From Candidatus Woesearchaeota archaeon (lineage in GTDB: Archaea > Nanobdellota > Nanobdellia > SCGC-AAA011-G17 > GW2011-AR18), in assembly GCA_018302765.1 (NCBI GenBank), contig JAGVZG010000005.1, positions 1 through 57,608 of the forward strand: a stretch of DNA of 57,608 bases, in the 5' to 3' direction. Numbering within the stretch: the stretch's first letter is position 1; each line of letters begins with the position of its first letter. Under the pieces are notes generated by a model. The model saw nothing but the letters and a program-made list of their open reading frames with translations. It was not told the DNA's origin and made no database searches. This document shows, piece after piece, positions 10,739 through 19,699 of the stretch. The translations under genes and the position numbers were made by a program.

Positions 10739-10787
10739 TATATGGGCACATTTGTATATAAATATTTCTGTTATTTGTGCACATATA
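10739..10787. promoter_or_regulatory. Inverted-repeat operator straddling the TATA box of the Fic gene
   Basis: TATATGGGCACA (10739-10750)/TGTGCACATATA (10776-10787), 11/12 match, 25-nt spacer containing TATATAAATA. Confidence 0.5.
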
Positions 10788-10996
10788 AATATAGTATTAG
10801 ATTTTGTTACACTGATGATTTTTTAGCAAATTTAATAAACATATTATATTTCTAATAATTATGGGTACTAAGATAATTAAAATACTTCTTCTAGAATATA
10901 AAATAGATAAAAAACCAGATTATATTAAGCTTGGAAATAAAGTTGATAAAATAATTGAAAAAAATATTCCAAATGGTAAATATATTGTTAGAGCAC

Positions 10997-11248
10997 TTAG
11001 TTCATATGATCATCCAAAACTTTCATTAAATAAGTTACTAAAAATTCGTACATAACCTTGCAGTCTTCTGATAAAGGCCTTGCTTTCATATCATAATGGT
11101 AATGGGCACATTTGCTTAACATTATCATCATCATCTTATTTCTTATTTCAGGAAATAATCCATAAATAATCTGTTTTATGTTTTCTATATTTCTAAGTGT
11201 TGTTTTCTCCTTTCGTTCAAGTATCTTTCTTTGTATGTTGACATACAT
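10997..11248 (-). CDS. Hypothetical protein, possibly truncated
   Basis: Strong SD (AAAGGAGAGGAT-ATG); 83 aa; 3' end overlaps a convergent short ORF. Confidence 0.5.
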   Translation of the reverse strand: MYVNIQRKILERKEKTTLRNIENIKQIIYGLFPEIRNKMMMIMLSKCAHYHYDMKARPLSEDCKVMYEFLVTYLMKVLDDHMN

Positions 11249-11365
11249 ATCCTCTCCTTTTTTTTTGCACTTAAACTTTGTAGGAAAAAATAGCCGTAAA
11301 CATCGTTAGTTTTATAAAGTTCTTAAGAAGTTCCAACATATATGCCGCAATTTTGTGGTAGAGAT

Positions 11366-11484
11366 GCCGCGATCGCCTAATCTGGTATGGCACCAGAAAT
11401 AATTATAGTTATTGGTGAACCTGGAAATAAATACCAATTAGCTGGACCCGAAAGGGTATCTCGGTTCAAATCCGGGTCGCGGCG
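11366..11484 (+). tRNA. tRNA-Ser(GGA) with two introns (30/31 at 11397-11419; 37/38 at 11427-11439)
   Basis: Acceptor GCCGCGA/TCGCGGC + discriminator G; T-arm CTCGG-TTCAAAT-CCGGG; long variable arm ACCC-GAAA-GGGT; after splicing, anticodon arm CCAGC-CTGGAAA-GCTGG; intron 1 forms a strict BHB (CACC/GGTG helix, AATAA/TTATT hairpin); no encoded CCA. Confidence 0.9.
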
Positions 11485-11510
11485 TTGGAAAGTAGGTTCA
11501 AAGCCGAGCA
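11474..11510 (+). repeat. attL: 13-bp core GGGTCGCGGCGTT (11474-11486) plus 18-bp arm (11493-11510)
   Basis: Core repeated exactly at 35233-35245; arm TAGGTTCAAAGCCGAGCA is a 16/18 inverted match to 35203-35220. Confidence 0.85.
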
Positions 11511-11551
11511 TTACTTTTGGTTTAAATACCCAAAAGTAAAGGAGGCTACCT

Positions 11552-12766
11552 ATGAATCCAATACACTATACAGAAACAATATACCACTATTCTGAAAAAG
11601 TAGAAAAAGAAAAGATTTCTATTAAAATCAATAAAAATATCTCTGAAAGAAATAAGGAGTTTATACTTCAATTTTGTAGAGACAGACAAATTAAAAAGGG
11701 TTTTAGCAGTGCCAGAATACTTAAATTACTAAATAAGTTAAAGCTTATTGCTTATTTGTTTAAAGTAGATTTTAATAAAGCAACTAAAGAAGATATAGAT
11801 ACTTTTTTAGAAATAATAACAACAAACCAAAAATTATCTAAAGCAACAAAAGTAGACTATTTCATTATTCTTAAAGTGTTCTATAAATGGCTACTAGGGG
11901 AAGATAAAAAATATCCATCATTAGTTGACGATATTAAAACCACTTTAAAAAAGAAAGAAAGACTTCCAAGCGAAATACTAACTGAAGAAGAAGTAAATAT
12001 TCTAATAAACTCTACAATTAATATAAGAGATAAAGCTGTAATCTCAATTCTTAGTGATAGTGGTTGTAGAGTTGGAGAATTAATAAGTCTTAGATTAAGA
12101 GACATTAAATTTAATGAAAATGATAACACTATACGATTGCTTATAGAAACTGGTAAAACTGGAGGAAGATCTTTAATATTAATTCCATCAGTTCCATTTT
12201 TATCTAATTATATAAACTCTATACCTAATGAAATAAAAAATAATCCAAATAATTTTTTATTTCTAAGAATGAATCAAAATTTTTATTTTAACGAGCAAAT
12301 GACTTACCCAAGTGTTAGGGCTTTATTAAAAAAAACAGGCAAAAGAGCCAACATTCAAAAAGGTGTTAATCCTCATGCATTTCGTAGACATTCAGCCACC
12401 ACTTCGTCTTCTTTTATGACAGATACTCAATTGATGTTAAGATATGGCTGGAGCAGAAGAAATACTGTAGATAGTTATACTTTTATGAACCCAACACAAG
12501 CTGATCAAGCTTATATGTCAAAATATGGAAAACAGACTCTTGAATCTAAGGAGAGTAAACTAATGCCATTAAGATGCTCTTGTGGAACTTTTAATCCTTT
12601 AGATAGTATTTGTGTTAATTGTGGAAAACCAAATAGTTTAAAAGTCGTAATAAAAAAGGATAATGAAGAACAGCAAGCACTACAAAAATTAAAAGAAGCT
12701 GTGCTAATTTTATCTGAAAATATTAATGATGAGGCTAGAATTAAATTAGCTGAAATACTAAAATAA
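11552..12766 (+). CDS. Tyrosine recombinase/integrase with C-terminal zinc ribbon
   Basis: Catalytic R (SGCRVGEL), K (GKTG), HxxR (HAFRR), W (YGW), Y (DSY); CSC...CVNC; SD AAGGAGG; starts 67 nt after the tRNA. Confidence 0.95.
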   Translation: MNPIHYTETIYHYSEKVEKEKISIKINKNISERNKEFILQFCRDRQIKKGFSSARILKLLNKLKLIAYLFKVDFNKATKEDIDTFLEIITTNQKLSKATKVDYFIILKVFYKWLLGEDKKYPSLVDDIKTTLKKKERLPSEILTEEEVNILINSTINIRDKAVISILSDSGCRVGELISLRLRDIKFNENDNTIRLLIETGKTGGRSLILIPSVPFLSNYINSIPNEIKNNPNNFLFLRMNQNFYFNEQMTYPSVRALLKKTGKRANIQKGVNPHAFRRHSATTSSSFMTDTQLMLRYGWSRRNTVDSYTFMNPTQADQAYMSKYGKQTLESKESKLMPLRCSCGTFNPLDSICVNCGKPNSLKVVIKKDNEEQQALQKLKEAVLILSENINDEARIKLAEILK

Positions 12767-13030
12767 TTATTTTTTTATTATTTTTAATATTTCCTTGACA
12801 TTATTATTTGTTTCAATTACTTTATTCTCAATATTAATAGAATTAATTACAACATATCTAAAGAATTCCGATATACTCTCAAAACCTCTTTCTTTTGCTC
12901 TACTTTTTATATCTTCTAATTCTGGAGTTGTTAATCTAACTTGTAGAATATTATTTCTTTTAAACGGTAAATTTAGCCCATTCAGCATATGTAGATAGTT
13001 CCATGGATTTATATAAACAATTTTGCGCAA
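12767..13030 (-). CDS. Ribbon-helix-helix (CopG/MobC-like) DNA-binding protein
   Basis: LQVRLTTPELEDIKSRAKERGFESISEFFRYVV pattern followed by a coiled coil; TTG start. Confidence 0.7.
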   Translation of the reverse strand: MRKIVYINPWNYLHMLNGLNLPFKRNNILQVRLTTPELEDIKSRAKERGFESISEFFRYVVINSINIENKVIETNNNVKEILKIIKK

Positions 13031-13031
13031 A
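13022..13031. promoter_or_regulatory. Palindrome TTTGCGCAAA overlapping the RHH start codon (possible autoregulatory site)
   Basis: Perfect 10-bp palindrome at the gene start. Confidence 0.3.
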
Positions 13032-13137
13032 TTGTAATCTTCAACTTTTGAAGGATTTTTGATTGTTTTTTCTAGATTAATTACGTTTAATTTATTTTAA
13101 ACGCTACTTTTATAGGTTTTTCTAACTCCCAGCCACT

Positions 13138-14184
13138 ATGGAAAAGCCTGAAAAAATCCATAAACTAGATATTATTGATAAGAAAATTCTCGCAGTTTTA
13201 TTAAAATCAGGCAGAATAGGAATGAAGGAATTAGCTGAAGTTATAAATAATCATTATCCTACTGTAATCAATAGAGTTAACAAATTAATAGAAATTGGAG
13301 TTATAAACAAATTCTATCCAGTATTGCAATTGCCTGGAATCGGCATTAGAAAGTGGATGAGTTTATATTTAATATTAAAACCAATGCCAGATGAAAAGAA
13401 AAATGAATTTGTTAAAGAATTCAAGAAAAATCCATTTTTAATTCAGATAATGGAATTAGAGGGGCAATATAGTTTTACTATGCTTTTAGTTTGTAATTAT
13501 ATAAAGGAAGCTTATGAAACAATAAATTACATAAAACAAGTCTGCGGTGATTACTTAAGTGATTTAAATACTAAAACTACTTTTACAATTTCTAACTTGA
13601 ACAGGCAGTTCTTTTTAGATGAAGAAATTAACTTAGATAAGAAAGAAATAACAACTGGATTTCAGCCAATAATAAACAAGACAAAATTAGTTCATCTTGG
13701 AACTCATGTTAAATTAAATGATAAAGACATTAAATTACTGAATTATTTAAAATTAAACGCTCGAGATACAGTAGAAGAAATAGAAGAAAAGACTAGAATT
13801 AAAAGACATGTAATAAATTATAAAATTGAAAAATATCTTAATGATAATTTGATAACTTATTTTACAATTGATATTAATCATTCTAAATTAGGTTATTACC
13901 AATATATTTTATTCCTAAATATGAAAGGTGATGTTAAGAAAAAGAAAATATTGATCGATGAATTGTACACTAAAACTAAGGAAGCTTATCACTTATTTGA
14001 GTATTTGGATTTTTGGGAAGTTGTAGTTACTTACTGTGTTAAAGACCAGAAAAGAATGAATGAAATAATTGATGATATTAAGAATAGATATGGTCCTGAT
14101 ATTCAGCATCAGCTTCTTTATATTAAAAAGAAACATAAAGTTGAACCTTATCCTGATGTTGAATTAGTTTATCCTAAAGACTAA
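13138..14184 (+). CDS. Tandem (two-unit) Lrp/AsnC-family regulator
   Basis: Two HTH units (LDIIDKKILAVL...; LNDKDIKLLNYL...), each followed by a RAM-like domain. Confidence 0.8.
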   Translation: MEKPEKIHKLDIIDKKILAVLLKSGRIGMKELAEVINNHYPTVINRVNKLIEIGVINKFYPVLQLPGIGIRKWMSLYLILKPMPDEKKNEFVKEFKKNPFLIQIMELEGQYSFTMLLVCNYIKEAYETINYIKQVCGDYLSDLNTKTTFTISNLNRQFFLDEEINLDKKEITTGFQPIINKTKLVHLGTHVKLNDKDIKLLNYLKLNARDTVEEIEEKTRIKRHVINYKIEKYLNDNLITYFTIDINHSKLGYYQYILFLNMKGDVKKKKILIDELYTKTKEAYHLFEYLDFWEVVVTYCVKDQKRMNEIIDDIKNRYGPDIQHQLLYIKKKHKVEPYPDVELVYPKD

Positions 14185-14304
14185 TTTTATAAATTGAATA
14201 AGACTGACTTTAATATTATGATAAAATATTATTTTTGGAAAGATTGGAAAAATAAAAGATGAGTACATTACCGCATTATTAAAAGAAGAGTGGAAAAGAT
14301 AAAT

Positions 14305-15075
14305 TTATTTCTCTTCTGTCTTATTCAAGTAAACAATTAACTTTTCAACAAATTCTTTCATATTTTTACATTCAGAATATAATTTTTGTGCATAAGAACA
14401 TCTCTGCATATGGCTTGGATAAGGATTTGTAAACCAGATAGCATGTTTTTTAATTTCAGGCAAATTCAAAACTATAAAATTCATAATCTCTAAAAAATCA
14501 TAATATTTGCTTTTTTCCAGTCTATTCTTAAAATATTTATGATAATAGTCTTCAACATAAATATGCATTAGTTCATGAGTTAAAGTATACTTAATATGTC
14601 CAGTAGCATCTTTATATCCGCCAGTATCTTCTATAGGAATGGAAAATACTTTTGTTCCGGGCTTTAATCTAAACATTGAAAATATGCTTAAATTAGCTGA
14701 ATATTTTCCTTTAGGCCATGGATGGCCGTTAAATACTTTAACAACAGATTCAAAAAACTCTTCAGAGCTTTCCTTCCATAAATTTTCTATTTCTTCTTTC
14801 TTCAATATTAATTCATTATAATTTTTCTTATAATATTCATCAATAAATTTAAACAATATTTTTTTAGCTTCATTTAAAGGCAAAGTTTTAGTTTTCTCAA
14901 GTTCAGGGAAGTCTCTAATATATTTAGAATATTCGTCCATTCCAGTAAGGTTATACTTTCTGTTTTTCAGAAAATAAGGTGCTATCCTCTTTTCTGCTTT
15001 AGCATCAACCTTAAATATTATCTTTGAAAGCGTATTCATTTTTATTAACTCCGTAATCTTCTTCTCCTTTAACAT
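14305..15075 (-). CDS. HExxH-motif protein (putative zinc metallopeptidase)
   Basis: THELMH with a downstream Glu (FLEIMN); likely start at 15039 (GGAG 8 nt upstream). Confidence 0.55.
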   Translation of the reverse strand: MLKEKKITELIKMNTLSKIIFKVDAKAEKRIAPYFLKNRKYNLTGMDEYSKYIRDFPELEKTKTLPLNEAKKILFKFIDEYYKKNYNELILKKEEIENLWKESSEEFFESVVKVFNGHPWPKGKYSANLSIFSMFRLKPGTKVFSIPIEDTGGYKDATGHIKYTLTHELMHIYVEDYYHKYFKNRLEKSKYYDFLEIMNFIVLNLPEIKKHAIWFTNPYPSHMQRCSYAQKLYSECKNMKEFVEKLIVYLNKTEEK

Positions 15076-15271
15076 ATTCTACTGTTCCAGTTGAGACACA
15101 AACACATGAAACACATGTTGGTCCACCATTATTACAGCCTGCACATGAATTACATGAAGCTAAATATATACTTCTGTTAGGTCCATCTGGTAATAATTCT
15201 AATAATGCTTGAGTAAATTCAGTTCCTTCAGGCAAACCTACTTTTACTTCATCTTCTAGTCTTCTTATCAT
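15011..15271 (-). CDS. Six-cysteine peptide, candidate RiPP precursor
   Basis: Cys-free acidic leader, then CNSCAGCNNGGPTCVSCVC (Cys 40, 43, 46, 53, 56, 58); SD GGGGAG sits directly after the radical SAM stop codon. Confidence 0.65.
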   Translation of the reverse strand: MIRRLEDEVKVGLPEGTEFTQALLELLPDGPNRSIYLASCNSCAGCNNGGPTCVSCVCVSTGTVEYVKGEEDYGVNKNEYAFKDNI

Positions 15272-15280
15272 TTTCTCCCC

Positions 15281-16606
15281 CTATGCTGCTTTCATTAATA
15301 TTCCCGACTTTAAACCATCAGATAATAATTCAATCATTTGATTATTAGCTAAAATTGCATCATTTACAATAATTCCATTATTTTGGTTTATTGCTGAAAT
15401 TATTTTCAAGTCGCTTTCTCTTGCAAATAAATATCTGTCTCCAGTTGCATACAAAACATAAATATTATCTGCTTCTTCTCTGAATCTTAATCCTCTGGCA
15501 GTATTTATTTTCTGTCCTGAATATAAATTTTCATTATGGACTTCTTTTCTTTCTAGTTTTATCGGCTTAACAGAATAAGGGTGCTTTGAATTTAAATCTC
15601 CAGCCATTCTTTGGGCCTCTGCTCTGCATGCTCCCTTACATAAATTTACTAAATCACAAGGCTGACAAGTTTCAGGCACATAACTATCTTCATTCCATTC
15701 ACTTAGTTTATCCCAAGCAGGTTTTAATCCTTCAGCCAAAATATTTCCATAACCAGTACTTACCATTGGGCAAGGCTTGACATTTCCCTGAGGATCTATC
15801 TGAATTATTGATCTTCCGGCAGTGCATGAAGCACTTTCAACTAAATATCTTAAATGAGGATGAGATTCCCAGACTCTGCAGTAGGGCAATGGATTAGTTA
15901 ATTTAACATGCATTCCAGTTTGATTTCTAACATGATTTAAATCTTCTAAATATTGCAAAACTTCTTCTGAACTTAAAGCATGGTCTAAATGCATTTGTCC
16001 TCCGTTATTTGAAGGAACAGCCTGAGCAGTTGAAAAACTTCCTACGCCTAAAGAATGAGCAAACTTTCCTGTTTCTAAAACTTGATCTAAATTATGCTTT
16101 GAAACAACCATGTTTGCAGCAACATAAATTCCAGCATTTAACAATCTTTCAATACCTCTTAATGTTTTTTCATGAGAACCTTCTTGATTAGTTACTTTAT
16201 CATGAATTTTTGAATCATAAGAAATTAGGCTAGTCATTACTCCAATAACTCCTGAATCTTTTAATCTTCTTGCATCATCTTCAGTAATTAATGTTGCATT
16301 TGAGTTTATTGTTACATCAACTCTGTTTCTAGCTAAAGCTTCAATTGAAGAAAATAATCTGTCTCTCACACTGAATACTTCTCCGCCTGTTAGACTTACA
16401 CTAAAAACTTCATTTCTTACTAACTCTTCTGCTATTTCTACAAATCTATCTGCTTGAGTTCTTTCTCTTTTAACTAATTTTAACTGGACTAAACCATTAT
16501 CATTAGAAAATCTTTCCTCATTGTAACAATGAGAGCACGCTAAATTACATGCATATGTTAATTCCATCTGTGCATATAGCGGTGCTTTAAGCCTGAAGTT
16601 TTTCAA
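15281..16606 (-). CDS. Radical SAM/SPASM protein with probable C-terminal RRE (PqqD-like) domain
   Basis: CNLACSHC (Cx3Cx2C), TGGE, SPASM cysteines CTAG...KPCP...CQPCDLVNLCKGAC; about 70 aa C-terminal extension with a three-strand/helix pattern; TTG start with GGGAG. Confidence 0.9.
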   Translation of the reverse strand: MKNFRLKAPLYAQMELTYACNLACSHCYNEERFSNDNGLVQLKLVKRERTQADRFVEIAEELVRNEVFSVSLTGGEVFSVRDRLFSSIEALARNRVDVTINSNATLITEDDARRLKDSGVIGVMTSLISYDSKIHDKVTNQEGSHEKTLRGIERLLNAGIYVAANMVVSKHNLDQVLETGKFAHSLGVGSFSTAQAVPSNNGGQMHLDHALSSEEVLQYLEDLNHVRNQTGMHVKLTNPLPYCRVWESHPHLRYLVESASCTAGRSIIQIDPQGNVKPCPMVSTGYGNILAEGLKPAWDKLSEWNEDSYVPETCQPCDLVNLCKGACRAEAQRMAGDLNSKHPYSVKPIKLERKEVHNENLYSGQKINTARGLRFREEADNIYVLYATGDRYLFARESDLKIISAINQNNGIIVNDAILANNQMIELLSDGLKSGILMKAA

Positions 16607-16733
16607 TTCTTACTCCCAAGACCTCTTAGATAAAATGATTCTATAAAGGTTTAAAAGCTCTTCTGTTCCCACGTAATTAATTTAGGAAAAAAGTGTAAAA
16701 ATTCTTAGAAAATTGAAAGATTTATTAGTTCAA

Positions 16734-17144
16734 TCATAATTTCTCAATAAATGACTTAAACTCATTAGGATTCATTTCCTTTGCTTCTGATTTATCTTCA
16801 TTAAAAACATCCCATATTTTAAATTTTTTAATAAAATCATTATCTTTTTCATACCATACAAAGAAAAATGGAAGCTTTGCAATATTGGCTAATTTCTGAA
16901 TAGCTTTAAAATTTGTAGAGTCTTCAACATATTTTGGTTCACTTACATGCCATTCCTTAACTTCTAAAATCGCTTTAAGTATTAATTCTCCATTACTATA
17001 CCTATATTCCAAAAAATCCACATCAGTTACATAACAACTAGGCAAAAGATTTTTTCTATGCCATTCATTAAAAATGAGATCTCTATTTCCCCTTACATCA
17101 AGTCTAATTCCGTTTTTATCTCTTGGTAAATTATTATCTAGCAT
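16734..17144 (-). CDS. Small PD-(D/E)XK-like nuclease
   Basis: TDVDF...ILEVKE motif; 11 nt downstream of res, same strand. Confidence 0.5.
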   Translation of the reverse strand: MLDNNLPRDKNGIRLDVRGNRDLIFNEWHRKNLLPSCYVTDVDFLEYRYSNGELILKAILEVKEWHVSEPKYVEDSTNFKAIQKLANIAKLPFFFVWYEKDNDFIKKFKIWDVFNEDKSEAKEMNPNEFKSFIEKL

Positions 17145-17155
17145 ATCTCTTCCTA

Positions 17156-19699
17156 TTAGTAATTTGTAGCCAATTCGTAAGCTTCAATTAATTCAATCAG
17201 TTTTTCGAATGTTTTAATATTTTGATTTTCATCAAATATTTTTTGTTTAACTTTTATATATTTCCACTTTTTATTAGTCAATTCTGAAGCATCATTACAC
17301 CATTCTATAGCTCTCTTGTCTTTTAATTCCACATCTGTAGTTTCTGCACCTTTTGTTTCAACTATAAAAAATCCATTATTTGTTTCAACTATAAAATCAG
17401 GTAAATAGTAAGAAATGCCTTTATTATTATTAACATATTCAATATAAAAATTTAAGTTTATATCATTTTTAATATACTTTTTAACATCTTTTGCATATTC
17501 TAAGAATATACAAAAACGACCTTCTAAGTCATTATCTACTGGTATAAGATTTAAAATACACTTTTTAGGAGTATATACTTGCTTTCTTGTCAAAAAAGGA
17601 TTAATTTGTGAAGCCTTTTTAGGCTCAGAACTTATTTTCACTTCTTGTGGTTTAATGGTTAAAGCATTGATAACTCTGGGAAATAATGTTAATAAATATG
17701 ACGCAATATTTTTTTCTATAAATTGATTTAAAAAAAGTTTATTATTAATTTCTTCTTTTTTTAATTCTCTGCCAAATAATCTTTTAATAATATATTCTTT
17801 TAACTTAGGAATTAACTCATAATTCTTAGAAGGTATTTTACATTCTCTAAGTATTATATTGGAATAATAACCTACTATTGCTTCAAAGTTTTCAGGTATT
17901 GGTTGTGTCCATTCATCTTTCCAAACTTCTATATTTGTTAAAGCCTCTCTACCTCTAGCTATCTTTTTAATAGTATAAGATTTAAGATCAAGTTCGAATG
18001 GGCCTTTTGGAAGATTTTCTACTTTTATATCATTGAATGAACGATTTATTCTAGTATATTTTGGTGAAATACTTGGAATTTCTAAATCATATTTTATTTT
18101 TTCTGCATCAACGAAAATATTAGTAATGCTTGGTAAATCTTTTTCTTTAATTCTATCTAGTTTAACTCCCTCTTTTTTTAATTCTACTTCAATAAAATTT
18201 ACAAAAGCACTAGAACCAAATACATCTACAGTTTCTTTAAATCCTGATTCTGGACCAAACATTAATCTTAAACCCCTGCCAAGCGTCTGTTCTGGAAGAA
18301 TATTTGCTTGAGATGTATAAGGCCTTAAACCCACAATTACATTTACATTTTTAACATCCCAACCTTCTCTAAGCATAAGAACGCTCACAACTGCCCTATA
18401 TTTATCATAATCGGAATCTAAGTTCCTTGATTCTTTTTTTAATTTAATCCATTCTTTTTCGCTTATATCTCCTTTTAAATTTGTATGAATTAATAGTACT
18501 TTTCCCTTTAATTCAGCTTTAGTTTCCAAATAGTCTCTAATATCTTCTGCTTCTTTAGTTTTATTTGCCATAAAAAATATAATTGGATTTTTATTTACTT
18601 TTGTCATAGCATCTCTATATTTCTTCCATCTTCTTACTCCTGCTTCAATATAATCTCTGTAGATAATATCTGCTCTTTCAGAAGGAGTTTCTTTTGCGTT
18701 TTCAACTTCTCCAATTATAGGATATTTTACAATTCTATTGACAATTGCATCAGCTAGTGGGAAGTCAGTTATTATCCATTCAAACAGCTTACCACCGTCC
18801 TGTTTCTTAGGTGTAGCAGAAAAATCTAGTTGAAATCCAAAAGTTTTATTATTATTTCTGAAGTTTTTAAAAACTTTTTGTATAAATTCATTCCATTTAG
18901 ATTCTGGATCCCATACATGATGCGCTTCATCATTAATTATAGAAATATCATTATTTTTTTGTATATCTTCAAATATCAGTTCATAAGCTGTTTTTTCTCT
19001 TGGTTTTGTACCAATTATTATTTCTACAGGATTTAAATTATTCGTATCGATAAAACGCTCATAGAGTTTTTGTACATTAGTTAAATAAATTCTACCTTTA
19101 GTCGATCTACTGGTCATTTCATCTTCCAATATAACATCTACATCCCAATAATTTTGAAATTCTATTGGTATTATGGGATCATTCTTAAAAATTTTTCCCC
19201 CTTCCAAATCTTCTCTTAATCTATCTTGAACCGCAATATTTGGAGCAATTATTAAAAAGTTTTTTGTAAACTCTTTATTATTCTCAAGTAAATTATTAAA
19301 AAAACTCCAAACAATAGCAAGAGCCATAACTTTAGTTTTTCCAGTCCCAGTAGCCATTTTAAAACAATATTTGGCAAATAAATCATCGTGAGGATTATAA
19401 GCAACTTTCTTTTTAATATCATATTTAATAATCAGATCTTTTAAACTTCTAATTTTCATAACTTCATATAAATAAATTAAAGTTTCAATTGATTCTCTTT
19501 GACAAAAATAATATCTAAACTCTTTTTTATTAATAAGATGGCCATCATTAAACCAAAAGTTAAGAAGTGTTTTTGTAGTTTGAGATGCCCCTATATACCC
19601 TGCTGCTCTCCATTTATCTACTTCTTCTCGAATTTTAGGAACTAAATGGGCTGATGTTTCTATTCTTTTTTCTGGTTTATAGAAAGGTCCATCATTCAT
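17156..19699 (-). CDS. res: Type III restriction endonuclease subunit
   Basis: MATGTGKT Walker A, DEAHH, FSATP, LREGWD, QTLGRGLR, C-terminal PDFIV...VETKG. Confidence 0.9.
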   Translation of the reverse strand: MNDGPFYKPEKRIETSAHLVPKIREEVDKWRAAGYIGASQTTKTLLNFWFNDGHLINKKEFRYYFCQRESIETLIYLYEVMKIRSLKDLIIKYDIKKKVAYNPHDDLFAKYCFKMATGTGKTKVMALAIVWSFFNNLLENNKEFTKNFLIIAPNIAVQDRLREDLEGGKIFKNDPIIPIEFQNYWDVDVILEDEMTSRSTKGRIYLTNVQKLYERFIDTNNLNPVEIIIGTKPREKTAYELIFEDIQKNNDISIINDEAHHVWDPESKWNEFIQKVFKNFRNNNKTFGFQLDFSATPKKQDGGKLFEWIITDFPLADAIVNRIVKYPIIGEVENAKETPSERADIIYRDYIEAGVRRWKKYRDAMTKVNKNPIIFFMANKTKEAEDIRDYLETKAELKGKVLLIHTNLKGDISEKEWIKLKKESRNLDSDYDKYRAVVSVLMLREGWDVKNVNVIVGLRPYTSQANILPEQTLGRGLRLMFGPESGFKETVDVFGSSAFVNFIEVELKKEGVKLDRIKEKDLPSITNIFVDAEKIKYDLEIPSISPKYTRINRSFNDIKVENLPKGPFELDLKSYTIKKIARGREALTNIEVWKDEWTQPIPENFEAIVGYYSNIILRECKIPSKNYELIPKLKEYIIKRLFGRELKKEEINNKLFLNQFIEKNIASYLLTLFPRVINALTIKPQEVKISSEPKKASQINPFLTRKQVYTPKKCILNLIPVDNDLEGRFCIFLEYAKDVKKYIKNDINLNFYIEYVNNNKGISYYLPDFIVETNNGFFIVETKGAETTDVELKDKRAIEWCNDASELTNKKWKYIKVKQKIFDENQNIKTFEKLIELIEAYELATNY

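Noticed and set aside
11341-11360. ATGCCGC duplication and weak hairpin upstream of the tRNA as a 5' att site
   Set aside because: Only 7 bp, with no partner repeat further upstream; compatible with an ordinary tRNA leader
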